Below are positions 45,924 through 55,584 of a stretch of DNA of 64,000 nt, one piece after another (position 1 is the stretch's first letter; each line of letters starts with the position of its first letter). The DNA is from an uncultured Candidatus Saccharibacteria bacterium. GTDB lineage: Bacteria; Patescibacteriota; Saccharimonadia; CAILAD01; BJGX01. The DNA lies in NCBI GenBank assembly GCA_964390265.1, contig CAYMHI010000004.1:922-64921 (forward strand), read 5' to 3'. Both the position numbers and the translations under genes were made by a program. A model generated the notes under the pieces. It ran no database searches, had not been told where the DNA came from, and saw only the letters and a list, made by a program, of their open reading frames with translations.

Positions 45924-47048
45924 TTAGAATTGTTTAACGCAACGAGCAATATTGTTTGCCGCACCTATGTGCTGTTGTCGTATCTTTTCGTACTTGGCTC
46001 CGCCAATCTGCACCACCCCATCTAAAATGTCAGTTACTGCTGTAGCCGCTAGTGAATTGGTAGACGCCCAAATACCAGCTTGATTCTCTACTACATAGAG
46101 CAGGTTGCCCTCTTCTTGACCAGGTAGAAAATCAAATAACACTATAGGTAAGCGACTTACTATTCCCTCTACAATTGTACCGGGTCCGGCCTTGGTAAGC
46201 AGAACGTCAGAAGCATGCATCATTTCAGCAATATCATCTCTAAACTTATAAATATGCACTTGCTTATTAAATTTGCGAGCTTGCAGAGTGCGATAAAGAC
46301 TGCTATTGCGTCCGGCAATAATAGCTAGGTGTACATCGGCATCAAGTTTGTCGAGCCTTCTAGATAAGCTATTAATCTTACCCATGCCATCGCCACCTGC
46401 CATTATAATTAGCGTGGGCTTGTCCTCAGGCCAACCTAACGATTTTTTGATGACTGCCTTACTCTTGGTGACTTTACTATATTTTTCATCTACAGGTTGC
46501 CCGATAATCTTTAGTCTTGACGACGCCACACCAAACCCTCTAGCTCGCAGATAGCTTTCTTGACTAGGCACAATTATTAAGTCGGCTCGCTTGTCAAACC
46601 ACATCGGATGACCAGTTACTAGATCTGTAACTACGGTAATAAATGGAATGGTGCGTTCGTAGTTTTTTAGTGTAGTAAGCAGTGGATTTGCCGCAAAATG
46701 ACAAGAGACAACAATATCGGGTGCAAAATGATCTAGTATTTGCTTAAACTCTTTACGGTACGGCCTACCCATAGCCTCCAGAGCAAATTGAGCCCGTTTA
46801 CTGCCCTCGGTAAGCTTAAAAATTGTGCCGTAGGCAGTTTTTAGCTTGGTAATACTTGAGTACATCTTGGGTATATCACGTACCGGATGCGGTGCGTTCT
46901 CCATAAAATCATGATGAATTACCTCGACAGTTTCGCCGTGTTTTCTCAGCTCAGCCATAATCGCATCAGCAGCGGCTCTATGGCCCCCACCTGTTTTTGC
47001 CGATAATACCAGTACACGCTTTTTATACTTTTTCATATCTTCAAACAT
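45924..47048 (-). CDS. UgtP/MGDG-synthase-like diacylglycerol glycosyltransferase (GT28), second paralog
   Basis: RVLVLSAKTGGGHRAAADAIMAEL N-terminus. Start set at MFEDMKK (47048); the 84-codon upstream extension in the ORF track has no family match. Confidence 0.75.
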   Translation of the reverse strand: MFEDMKKYKKRVLVLSAKTGGGHRAAADAIMAELRKHGETVEVIHHDFMENAPHPVRDIPKMYSSITKLKTAYGTIFKLTEGSKRAQFALEAMGRPYRKEFKQILDHFAPDIVVSCHFAANPLLTTLKNYERTIPFITVVTDLVTGHPMWFDKRADLIIVPSQESYLRARGFGVASSRLKIIGQPVDEKYSKVTKSKAVIKKSLGWPEDKPTLIIMAGGDGMGKINSLSRRLDKLDADVHLAIIAGRNSSLYRTLQARKFNKQVHIYKFRDDIAEMMHASDVLLTKAGPGTIVEGIVSRLPIVLFDFLPGQEEGNLLYVVENQAGIWASTNSLAATAVTDILDGVVQIGGAKYEKIRQQHIGAANNIARCVKQF

Positions 47049-47213
47049 TATCTCACTTTTTGCACCACATAAACAATACTGGTACCATAAGAGGTATCTA
47101 TGTCTAACCCCCGCCCCAACAAACATAATACAATAAACCAAGAGCCTAGCCACTCTAACATCACTCCGGCGCACCGCGGCATCAAACTCAATGTAAAAGG
47201 CATTGATACCGAG

Positions 47214-48110
47214 ATGCGACGCGACTACTTGCATGACACTATGGTGATTATTGCCCCCAATCGTGGTAACCGTCCTTACGACACCAAAGACAGCGGCCAC
47301 AACCTTATAGAGACAGCCTCCAGCCCGCGACTCGACCGCAACCTCAAGGTTTGTGAGCTAAAAAACAAACATGGTGGCTGGCTGGTAAAAGTGGTTGAAA
47401 ACAAATACCCAAGCCTCACGCCCAACAACCCGCAAGCCTATGGCAAGCAAGAAATCGTGATAGACACCCCACTTGCCAATACACCCTTTGCCCGCCTCAG
47501 TGAAGAGCAAATAATTAATATTTTTGAAGTTTATAGAGCTCGCAGTAGAGACCTACTTAAGCAAAACGGTATAGAATACGTGCTGGTTTTTAGAAATGAC
47601 GGCTACAATGCTGGTGCTAGCTTAGCTCACGCTCATAGCCAAATTTTTGCTTTACCTACCGTACCACAAAAATTCGCTCGCGAGGCCGAGCTAGTAGAGG
47701 CCTATCAAAAAGAGAATAAACGCAATCCCTTTGATGATATTATTACCTTCGAGAAGAGTGCCAAAGTGCGGGTAATTGCCGAAGATGAAAACTGGCTGGT
47801 ATTCTGCCCCTACGCCAGTCAGTGGCCCTTTGAATTTTGGTTTTTACCCAAACGACAGTTTTCGCTTTCGTTAGATATGCGCCAAAACGAGCTTCGATCG
47901 CTCGCCCATTACCTCAAGAAATACCTCAAAAAACTCAACTTACACAAGATAAACTTCAACATGTATCTAGAAAATGGTGTCAGTAAAAATCACCGCTTTT
48001 GTCTGAAAGTTTGCGGCAGATCCAACACCTGGGGTGGTTTTGAGGTAGCTACGGGTATTGTCATAAATACCGTCCCGCCAGAGTCAGCTGCCGAGTGGTT
48101 CAGAAAATAG
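47214..48110 (+). CDS. galT: galactose-1-phosphate uridylyltransferase-family (HIT-superfamily nucleotidyltransferase)
   Basis: FRNDGYNAGASLAHAHSQIFA matches the GalT HxHxQ active-site block; start at MRRDYLHDTMVIIAPNRGNRP. Confidence 0.7.
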   Translation: MRRDYLHDTMVIIAPNRGNRPYDTKDSGHNLIETASSPRLDRNLKVCELKNKHGGWLVKVVENKYPSLTPNNPQAYGKQEIVIDTPLANTPFARLSEEQIINIFEVYRARSRDLLKQNGIEYVLVFRNDGYNAGASLAHAHSQIFALPTVPQKFAREAELVEAYQKENKRNPFDDIITFEKSAKVRVIAEDENWLVFCPYASQWPFEFWFLPKRQFSLSLDMRQNELRSLAHYLKKYLKKLNLHKINFNMYLENGVSKNHRFCLKVCGRSNTWGGFEVATGIVINTVPPESAAEWFRK

Positions 48111-48270
48111 TCAATCCAAATTGGATCTTTAAGCAATCATCGAATAGTCTAAAATGCTTTTTATGCTGTATTTTAATGTTAAAAATATAACATTGCACTT
48201 CTGCTTGTTTTTCGTTTTACTTTCGTTTATTATGATTAAAAAGAGTTAATAAATATTTTAAGGGGGTAAT

Positions 48271-49782
48271 ATGTTAGCATCAGTACAAGCAGTAAGTCAT
48301 ATTGGGTTAGATGGTCAAATGGTTGAGGTAGAATCTGATATGCACAATGGCTTACCAGCATTTATAATTGTTGGACTGGCCAACAAAGCCGTGGATGAGG
48401 CCAAAGAACGAGTCAGAGCGGCCTTAAAAAATTCCAAACTCCACCTTCCTCCTAAACGCATTACCCTCAATCTTGCGCCAGCCGATCTGCCCAAAAACGG
48501 CTCAGGCTTTGACCTGGCTATGGCGGCAAGCTTATTGGCTGCAAGCAGTCAGATCGAGCCCATTGACAAAGATAGTGTATTTTTTGGTGAGCTAGCTTTG
48601 GATGGCACCACACGAGCCGTTGCCGGATCATTAGCAACCGCCCAAGTTGCAGCCTCAAATGGTATCAAAAAGCTCTTTATTTCGGCTGAGGTGGCGCCTC
48701 AAGCCGCGATGATTAAGAGCTTAGCTGTATACCCCGTACACAATCTTTTTGAGCTATACCGACATTTGTTGGGTGAAAAACTAATTACCCCGTACAGACA
48801 CGCTAAACTCTCAAGTTTGCCTCATAGTGCAGAGGTAGATTTTGCCGAGATATATGGTCAACACCACGCCAAGCGAGCTCTCGAGATAGCTGCTGCAGGT
48901 AATCACAATGTAATCATGTCGGGGCCTCCAGGTGCGGGCAAAACTCTGCTCGCCAAAGCTCTTATAGGCTTGTTGCCACAGCCTAGTTACAACGAAATAC
49001 TCGAGATAACCAGAATCCACAGCCTAGCTGGCACTACTCAAGAAACTGTCGCAAGCACCCGTCCATTTAGAAGCCCTCACCATACGGCTAGCAACATTGC
49101 GCTAATTGGTGGTGGCCAGTGGCCCAAACCCGGCGAAATTAGCTTGGCCCATAGAGGTGTTTTGTTTCTAGATGAACTCCCTGAATTTCCTAGGAATGTT
49201 TTAGAGGTGCTACGACAACCACTCGAGGATGGTACCGTCACAGTTAGCCGAGCAACTGCATCATACCAGTTCCCGGCCAAGTTTTTGTTTGTAGCCGCCC
49301 AAAATCCTTGCCCCTGCGGTTTTGCCGGCGATAATACTCAAATCTGCAGCTGCTCGCCCGCCCAACTCAACAGATATAAAACTCGAGTTTCGGGCCCACT
49401 ATTAGACCGAATAGACCTTCACTTGCAAGTTGACAAAATAGACATCAATCATTTGCTACACAGTAGTTCTAGCGAAACGTCGTCGACCGTAAGAACGAGA
49501 GTGGCTAAGGCTCGCGATGTTCAAACTAAGCGTTTTGTTAATTCGCTAACGAGCACCAACAACGAGATGAACAATACCGAGATACGTGAGTTTTGCTACT
49601 TAAATCCAGAGGTGGATAGCTTGGCACAAAGTGCGTTAACCAATATGAACCTAAGTGCCCGCTCATATATGCGAATCTTAAAAGTTGCAAGAACCATAGC
49701 TGATCTAGCCACTAGCAAAAACATTCAAACTGAACATTTTACCGAAGCCCTTCAATACCGAGCCGTTAGAGCAATATTGTAG
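48271..49782 (+). CDS. yifB: Mg-chelatase-family ATPase YifB/ComM
   Basis: N-terminal Lon-like domain, AAA+ Walker A GPPGAGKT, C-terminal Mg-chelatase ChlI-like region. Confidence 0.9.
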   Translation: MLASVQAVSHIGLDGQMVEVESDMHNGLPAFIIVGLANKAVDEAKERVRAALKNSKLHLPPKRITLNLAPADLPKNGSGFDLAMAASLLAASSQIEPIDKDSVFFGELALDGTTRAVAGSLATAQVAASNGIKKLFISAEVAPQAAMIKSLAVYPVHNLFELYRHLLGEKLITPYRHAKLSSLPHSAEVDFAEIYGQHHAKRALEIAAAGNHNVIMSGPPGAGKTLLAKALIGLLPQPSYNEILEITRIHSLAGTTQETVASTRPFRSPHHTASNIALIGGGQWPKPGEISLAHRGVLFLDELPEFPRNVLEVLRQPLEDGTVTVSRATASYQFPAKFLFVAAQNPCPCGFAGDNTQICSCSPAQLNRYKTRVSGPLLDRIDLHLQVDKIDINHLLHSSSSETSSTVRTRVAKARDVQTKRFVNSLTSTNNEMNNTEIREFCYLNPEVDSLAQSALTNMNLSARSYMRILKVARTIADLATSKNIQTEHFTEALQYRAVRAIL

Positions 49783-49795
49783 CAAAAAGTACAAC

Positions 49796-50122
49796 TTAAA
49801 ACTTAATAATTGAGTACACCTGGGTTCCAACAAAGGTTTTTTCGAGCAAAAAGTATAGAAACACAAAGACTATCAATATAGCCCCTACTAGTATTAGCGA
49901 TCTTCGTACATCATGCCGTACATACATGAGCTCATCACTTTGTTTTGCATCTACACTGACTTCAGTTTGAGTTGGTTCGTTAGACGACTTAGCAATGTTA
50001 TCCTTGGTCTTAACTTTGGGTAAAGACTCAGGTTGAGATTTAGCATTACTTGAATTAGCTAGGTTATTTTTCTTAGCCAGTTTTTGTTTGCGGGTCTTTC
50101 GATGTTTTTTCTTTTTAGCCAT
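49796..50122 (-). CDS. small basic protein with C-terminal TM anchor
   Basis: MAKKKKHRKTRKQKLAKK...; a single TM near the C-terminus. Confidence 0.4.
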   Translation of the reverse strand: MAKKKKHRKTRKQKLAKKNNLANSSNAKSQPESLPKVKTKDNIAKSSNEPTQTEVSVDAKQSDELMYVRHDVRRSLILVGAILIVFVFLYFLLEKTFVGTQVYSIIKF

Positions 50123-50212
50123 TTAGTCTCCCCTTTATCAATCTATTTTAACAGCAATTACCATGTATTTGCCAATTTGTTCTAACCAAAGCTATAATAG
50201 GTATAAATTGCT

Positions 50213-50686
50213 ATGATTGTGCTTATTATTTTACTTGTTTTATGTTTAATTGCCCTTGCCTATTCGCAATGGCGATTTTTAGAGCTCCAAAAAAAATATG
50301 GTCAGTTTTTAAAGGGCGCTGAGGCCAAGCAAATAGAAGTGTTGGTAAAAAAATACTCTAAAGACGTCGAGGAGTCGCTACGCAAACTAGATGAAATGGC
50401 TCAATTCAGCGCTAATATGCACAAACAGCTACAGTTTGCCGTGTCTAAGCAAGCTCTAATTAGGTTTAATCCATTTGGAGACACCGGCGGTGATCAGAGC
50501 TTTGTACTGGCGCTACTCGACAACCATAATAATGGTGTAATTATCTCTAGTGTACATGCTCGTACCGGAACAAGGGTTTATGCCAAAGAAATTGCTAATG
50601 GCTTGAGTAAATATAATCTTTCAGATGAAGAGACTATTGCCTTACAAAAAGCCCTCAATAGCAAAAAGAAGCAAGAAAGAGACTAG
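50213..50686 (+). CDS. membrane-anchored hypothetical protein
   Basis: N-terminal TM, coiled-coil, conserved-looking C-terminal FNPFGDTGGDQSFVLALLD region. Confidence 0.45.
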   Translation: MIVLIILLVLCLIALAYSQWRFLELQKKYGQFLKGAEAKQIEVLVKKYSKDVEESLRKLDEMAQFSANMHKQLQFAVSKQALIRFNPFGDTGGDQSFVLALLDNHNNGVIISSVHARTGTRVYAKEIANGLSKYNLSDEETIALQKALNSKKKQERD

Positions 50687-50687
50687 C

Positions 50688-51062
50688 GTGATTTCGTTAT
50701 TTAATAAATTCAACCAAAAACCTAAAGAGTTACCATTTAATAGTTTTGCCGAATATTATATAGGTGCAGATGTTGAAGCAAAAGGTATTTGCCAGACAGA
50801 TCAAGATATCTTCATAGACGGTCGATTTAACGGTAAGATAACCACTAGTGGCCTGGTAGAGCTAGCTAAAAACTCGATGGTTAATGCCGACATTTCGGCC
50901 AGAACGGCGATTTTTGAAGGTCATTTTAGCGGCGAAGCAGTCGTTAGTGATGAGTTACGCCTCACTAGTTGCGCTGCTGTAAAGGGTAAGGTAGATACTA
51001 TGAATTTAATTGTCGATAAGGGCGCTGTACTAATAGCTGATGTAAAAATGGGGCGTAATTAG
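50688..51062 (+). CDS. bactofilin-like (beta-helical cytoskeletal) protein
   Basis: Repetitive V/I-x-G pattern (FIDGRFNGKITTSGLVELAKNSMVNADISARTAIFEGHFSGEAVV...). GTG start immediately after the upstream stop; the ORF-track start at 50625 overlaps the previous gene. Confidence 0.45.
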   Translation: MISLFNKFNQKPKELPFNSFAEYYIGADVEAKGICQTDQDIFIDGRFNGKITTSGLVELAKNSMVNADISARTAIFEGHFSGEAVVSDELRLTSCAAVKGKVDTMNLIVDKGAVLIADVKMGRN

Positions 51063-51063
51063 T

Positions 51064-51870
51064 ATGTACGCTTTCTTTTTTGATAAAAGCGCCCAAGATT
51101 CTCAAGCACTACTTGGCTTTGTATCGGACTGGAAACAAGCCAAAAACATTGTTGGCGAAGACTATACTATTAATCATGTAGATGATATTACAACAATATG
51201 TGAAAAAAATGGCCATAAATACTCTTCAATTATTGCTGTTGGTACCGAGAAGACTTTTGATTACCTAGTAGGTCTGGCTAGCAACTTCAATGACGATGCG
51301 GTTATGGCCTATATTCCTACAGTTGCCGATATGCTAGCTAAACGTATTGGGGCAAAAGACTATAAAGAGGCTTGTGAGGTGATATCGCAAAGGAAAATAG
51401 TTGAGTTAACAGCTTTATCGTTTAATCAAAATTATTTTTTATTTAGCCTCAACGTAGTGGTTAAGCAAACTGATAACAGAGATAAAATATTTATCTCGCT
51501 AGACAAATCTATGCAACTAAGCCTGGTAGCTGATAAAATAATTATTCATAATCGTCATCAAGAACTTCTGCCTCATAATACTGGATTATTGCTTGAGGCA
51601 TTCTCTACCCCAAAACAACAAGATGAAAAAAGAAACTTACTGCAAATTGCCACTACCAAATTAACCCAAAACAAGCAAAATGAGATGAATTTACAGCTGC
51701 GCATACCGGCCAACTCGCTGATTGTCGAGACCAAAGCTCGGCTTTTTGACACTTACTCTCACCCTATTAAGCTGCCTTTAAAAATTGGTTTACACAAAAA
51801 GCCTATAAGGTTAATAGTTAAAAAAGGCCAAGAACTTCAAGCAATCATGGCGCCAGGGTTGATTTCTTAA
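51064..51870 (+). CDS. hypothetical protein, possibly degenerate DAGK/NAD-kinase-like fold
   Basis: IIAVGTEKTFDYLVG sits where lipid-kinase GGDGT would be, but is degenerate. Confidence 0.3.
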   Translation: MYAFFFDKSAQDSQALLGFVSDWKQAKNIVGEDYTINHVDDITTICEKNGHKYSSIIAVGTEKTFDYLVGLASNFNDDAVMAYIPTVADMLAKRIGAKDYKEACEVISQRKIVELTALSFNQNYFLFSLNVVVKQTDNRDKIFISLDKSMQLSLVADKIIIHNRHQELLPHNTGLLLEAFSTPKQQDEKRNLLQIATTKLTQNKQNEMNLQLRIPANSLIVETKARLFDTYSHPIKLPLKIGLHKKPIRLIVKKGQELQAIMAPGLIS

Positions 51871-51911
51871 ATTAATCATGCTACTATTGTCTGGAGCTAT
51901 AAGGAGATAAC

Positions 51912-52481
51912 ATAAAAAAACCGCGCCTTCGTCTAAATCATGAAATTAGAGCCTCTCAAGTAAGGTTACTTGGAGAGGATGGTGCACAGCTGGGCGTAGT
52001 AGGTCTTACAGAAGCCCTAAGAATCGCCCAAGAACAAGGTTACGATCTTGCCGAAGTGTCTCCAGCAGCCAATCCGCCGGTATGTAAACTGCTCGATTGG
52101 GGCAAATACCAATACGAACAAGAGAAACAGCGCCAAAAAAGCCGTAAAAAGCAAAAAAGCGTTGAGGTTAAGCAGATTAGAATGGGCCTCAAAATTGGCA
52201 CACACGACATTGAGGTCAAGCAAAGAGCGGCTCGCAAATTTCTAGAGTCTGGCAATAAGGTCAAAATTACAGCCCGGTTCAAAGGTCGCGAGATGGCTCA
52301 TCAAGAACTCGGTAATGTTGTGCTCGAAAAATTCTTTGCTGGACTATCTGATATTGCTAGCCAAGAGGCCAAGCCAACTATGACCGGTCGTGATATGTCG
52401 ATTATTGTTCATCTCAAAAAGGACCTCTCAAGCAGTGCCACAGAATTAGATAAAAGTACAAAACCAGAAAAAATTAATTAA
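51912..52481 (+). CDS. infC: translation initiation factor IF-3 with non-ATG (ATA/ATT) start
   Basis: Frame continuous from 51903: ...IKKPRLRLNHEIRASQVRLLGEDGAQLGVVGLTEALRIAQEQGYDLAEVSPAANPPVCKLLDWGKYQYEQ... collinear with IF-3 N- and C-domains. AAGGAG at 51901, then ATA 5 nt later (ATT at 51945 also possible). The ORF track sees only the C-terminal 141 aa. Confidence 0.8.
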   Translation: MKKPRLRLNHEIRASQVRLLGEDGAQLGVVGLTEALRIAQEQGYDLAEVSPAANPPVCKLLDWGKYQYEQEKQRQKSRKKQKSVEVKQIRMGLKIGTHDIEVKQRAARKFLESGNKVKITARFKGREMAHQELGNVVLEKFFAGLSDIASQEAKPTMTGRDMSIIVHLKKDLSSSATELDKSTKPEKIN

Positions 52482-52491
52482 TTAAAATACT

Positions 52492-52689
52492 ATGCCAAAG
52501 CAAAAAACCAATAAGAGTATGTCTAAACGAATTAAAATTACCGGTACCGGTAAGGTTTTACGTAGACGTGCTACTAGAGCCCACAAACTAACTATTAAGT
52601 CAGGCTCTCGAAAACGTGCCTACACCCTAGAACATGGTATGGCTAAAGGCGATAGCAAGAATGCCAAGAAAATGGTAGGAGTCAAATAA
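52492..52689 (+). CDS. rpmI: 50S ribosomal protein L35
   Basis: MPKQKTNKSMSKRIKITGTGKVLRRRA... canonical bL35. Confidence 0.9.
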   Translation: MPKQKTNKSMSKRIKITGTGKVLRRRATRAHKLTIKSGSRKRAYTLEHGMAKGDSKNAKKMVGVK

Positions 52690-53030
52690 TGAGAGTAAAA
52701 CGCGGTGTAACCACCCACAAACGCCATAAAAAAATTATTAAGCTTGCCAAGGGCTACAGCAAAACTCGCCGAGCCAGCTACAGAAAAGCTCACGAAGCTG
52801 TACTCAAGGCCTTAAGCTATCAGTACCGCGACCGTCGCAACCTCAAGCGTGACATGCGTTCGCTTTGGATATCAAGAATTGGTGCTGCCTCAAAACAAAA
52901 CGGCATGAGCTACTCTACATTTACCTATGGCCTTAAAGTGGCAGAAATCAAGATAGACCGCAAAATTCTTGCCGAGCTTGCAGTCAATCAACCCAAAGCC
53001 TTTGAAGCAATTGTTAAAGCAACCAAGTAA
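52689..53030 (+). CDS. rplT: 50S ribosomal protein L20
   Basis: MRVKRGVTTHKRHKKIIKLAKGY... canonical bL20; infC-rpmI-rplT operon order. Confidence 0.92.
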   Translation: MRVKRGVTTHKRHKKIIKLAKGYSKTRRASYRKAHEAVLKALSYQYRDRRNLKRDMRSLWISRIGAASKQNGMSYSTFTYGLKVAEIKIDRKILAELAVNQPKAFEAIVKATK

Positions 53031-53081
53031 GTTTCCCTTTGTCACTCCTACATTTTATAAACTAGAGAAGAATATATATAA

Positions 53082-53110
53082 AAAGACCAGTTTGGGTCTT
53101 TTTTATTTTT
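53082..53110. terminator. bidirectional rho-independent terminator (AAGACC-AGTTTG-GGTCTT + T-run)
   Basis: Follows rplT and overlaps the stop of the convergent 53103..53630 gene. Confidence 0.6.
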
Positions 53111-53630
53111 CTGGTGTTAGCGAACCAAGTATTTCGCGACCATGATCATCAGAGGTTTGAATGGCATCAAAAGTCGCTTGGTCGACAAAATATACATCTA
53201 CACCATTTTCTAACATGGCTTGCAAACCCGACTCAAAAAAATCCTTCTTTACTGGCTTGACCGACACAGCACTAGTCCATTCTAATTCTGCCATATTTCT
53301 ATCTGGGTGAAATATAAAAGAATCTACAGGTAAGCTATATATTACACCACCCCGGTCGGCTCTCATGAATCGCTCTTTATCACTAACTATCATATGCCAT
53401 CTACCGATTACACCTTTTTCAGAGTAACGACCTATATTTACCCAGCTACCATCGGTTTTTACCAAAAAACAACTGGCGTAGGTTTTATCGGGGGTGGCAA
53501 ATACTACTGGTCCCTCTTGTGGGTCACGATAATTCTCTGCCCTCGGCTCAAACTCTTCAACATCTCGAATAGGCGAGGCATGATATAGCATTTCTGGCTT
53601 TTTGACTTCAGCTGATATTTCCTGTGCCAT
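53103..53630 (-). CDS. hypothetical cytoplasmic protein
   Basis: 175 aa, last gene of the long minus-strand envelope operon; no recognisable domain. Confidence 0.45.
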   Translation of the reverse strand: MAQEISAEVKKPEMLYHASPIRDVEEFEPRAENYRDPQEGPVVFATPDKTYASCFLVKTDGSWVNIGRYSEKGVIGRWHMIVSDKERFMRADRGGVIYSLPVDSFIFHPDRNMAELEWTSAVSVKPVKKDFFESGLQAMLENGVDVYFVDQATFDAIQTSDDHGREILGSLTPEK

Positions 53631-53638
53631 AGTAAATT

Positions 53639-54886
53639 CTACAAAGTCTTTAAGGCCTGTATAGGACGCTTTTTAGCGGCCTTAATGGCTGGCGCGACTC
53701 CAAACACAACTCCAACTGTTAAAGACACTCCCAGGGCAAGCACAAGCGCCTTAACACTAAATACAGGCGTAATACCGGCAAACCTTTTTACGATTAATCC
53801 AGCAAGGTAGCTTAATAGTAGACCAAGTAGCCCACCCATAATAGAAAGTATAATAGCTTCTATCAAAAACTGGCTTAGGATATTACCGCTAGTAGCCCCT
53901 ATCGCTTTTCTTATACCTATCTCGCGAGTACGCTCTGTCACCGAGACCAGCATAATATTCATTATGCCAATGCCACCTACTAACAAACTAATAGCAGCAA
54001 TAGCCACGACGAATGTAGTTAGCAAATCTAGTATAGTATTGAAGGTTGAGAGCAAGTCTTCTTGAGTAAGTACACTAAAGTCTTCTTGGCCACCATGATT
54101 TTGCTTAATTGCCTGCTTAACTGCTGCTTGGGTGCTAGCAATATTCTCTGAGTAATTTACCTGGGTAATAATACGAAATATTTGGTTAGATCCAGTAAAC
54201 GCACTAGCGGTATTGGCTGGAATATAAACAATATCATCCGAGCTTGCTCCCAAACCAGACCCTGAGTCTGATTTTTTTACAACACCAACTATCTTGAACT
54301 GTTGCCCACGTATACCAATTGATTTACCTACTGCTTCACCTTCGCCAAAAAGGTTTTGCTTGGTGTCAGCACCTATTACGGCAACCTTTGCTTTGGTCTC
54401 GTCTTCGGAGGTAGTAAAGAACTTACCACTCTCATACTGCAACTTCCTTATATCATTAAAACTTGAGGTGGTACCAACAATAAATGGCGAGCTAGTAGAA
54501 AGCGACTCAAAAGTTACAACAGACGAGACGATATTGTATGGCGCAGTATTGATAATATTATTGGTTTGTTCAATACTTTTTACATCTTGGGCCGTTAGAG
54601 TTGAGCTACCAATACTACTTGCGATATTAAAACTCCCACTACTTTTTTGTTGCTGGCCATTTTTGGCAGTTGAGGCACTACCACCAATTTGTCCAGATGA
54701 AACAGTTAGCAAGTTTGCCCCAAGCCCCGACACTTCTCCACTCACCTGAGCCTTCACGCCATCACCAATACCAATCATTACAAGTACAGCAAACACCCCA
54801 ATTATAATACCCAGCATAGTCAAAAACGATCGCATCTTGGCAGATTTAATACTTATTAGTGCCATCTTGATGTTTTGAAAAATCAT
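53639..54886 (-). CDS. ABC transporter permease, MacB/FtsX family
   Basis: N-terminal TM + large periplasmic MacB-like domain + C-terminal FtsX 3-TM bundle. Confidence 0.85.
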   Translation of the reverse strand: MIFQNIKMALISIKSAKMRSFLTMLGIIIGVFAVLVMIGIGDGVKAQVSGEVSGLGANLLTVSSGQIGGSASTAKNGQQQKSSGSFNIASSIGSSTLTAQDVKSIEQTNNIINTAPYNIVSSVVTFESLSTSSPFIVGTTSSFNDIRKLQYESGKFFTTSEDETKAKVAVIGADTKQNLFGEGEAVGKSIGIRGQQFKIVGVVKKSDSGSGLGASSDDIVYIPANTASAFTGSNQIFRIITQVNYSENIASTQAAVKQAIKQNHGGQEDFSVLTQEDLLSTFNTILDLLTTFVVAIAAISLLVGGIGIMNIMLVSVTERTREIGIRKAIGATSGNILSQFLIEAIILSIMGGLLGLLLSYLAGLIVKRFAGITPVFSVKALVLALGVSLTVGVVFGVAPAIKAAKKRPIQALKTL

Positions 54887-55584
54887 CGTACCACCTTCTT
54901 ATGATGCAACTCTCCATCACGCACCCAAACTACTTTATTAGCGTACCGGCCCACCTCAGAATTGTGGGTGACTACCACTATAGTTACTCCCTGCTTATTG
55001 AGCTCTTTTAGTAAATTCATTATTTCACTACCCGTTTTAGTATCTAGATTACCCGTCGGTTCATCGGCCAATATTAAGCTTGGGTCGTTGGTGAGTGCTC
55101 TAGCAATTGCAACACGTTGTACTTGCCCACCACTCATTCTGTTTGAGCGGCTTTTTGCTTTATCTTCTAACCCTACCATTTTGAGTACTTCGGCAACTTT
55201 TTGCCTGCGGTCATGTTTACTTCTTTTGGCGTAAACCATAGGTAATTCAACATTTTGAGCAACGTTTAGTCTGGGTAACAAATTAAAGCTCTGAAACACA
55301 AAACCTATTTTATCTCTCCTTAACTTTGCAAGCTTTTTTTCCGAAAGCGTGGTTGTATCTACATCGTCTAGCAAGTATTCTCCCGAGGTGGGCTGATCTA
55401 ACAAGCCAATAATATTCATAAGGGTTGATTTGCCTGACCCCGATGGCCCCATTATTGCCACAAAGTCACCCTGTTCAATGCTAAGGTCTACACCTTTCAG
55501 TGCATCGAGTACGCCAGCATCATCATCATAACGCTTGCCCATTTTCTTCATTTTTATTACATTTTTTGATTTAAGGTTTTTCAT
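54883..55584 (-). CDS. ABC transporter ATP-binding protein (MacB/LolD-type)
   Basis: Walker [10 protein letters not shown], signature [15 protein letters not shown], Walker [12 protein letters not shown]; 4-nt overlap with the permease. Confidence 0.92.
   Translation of the reverse strand: MKNLKSKNVIKMKKMGKRYDDDAGVLDALKGVDLSIEQGDFVAIMGPSGSGKSTLMNIIGLLDQPTSGEYLLDDVDTTTLSEKKLAKLRRDKIGFVFQSFNLLPRLNVAQNVELPMVYAKRSKHDRRQKVAEVLKMVGLEDKAKSRSNRMSGGQVQRVAIARALTNDPSLILADEPTGNLDTKTGSEIMNLLKELNKQGVTIVVVTHNSEVGRYANKVVWVRDGELHHKKVVR

Noticed and set aside
47049-47300. 84-codon N-terminal extension of the second UgtP-like gene.
   Set aside because: UgtP homology begins at MFEDMKKYKKRVLVLSAKTGGGH. The extension would overlap the divergent galT-like gene and has no family match.
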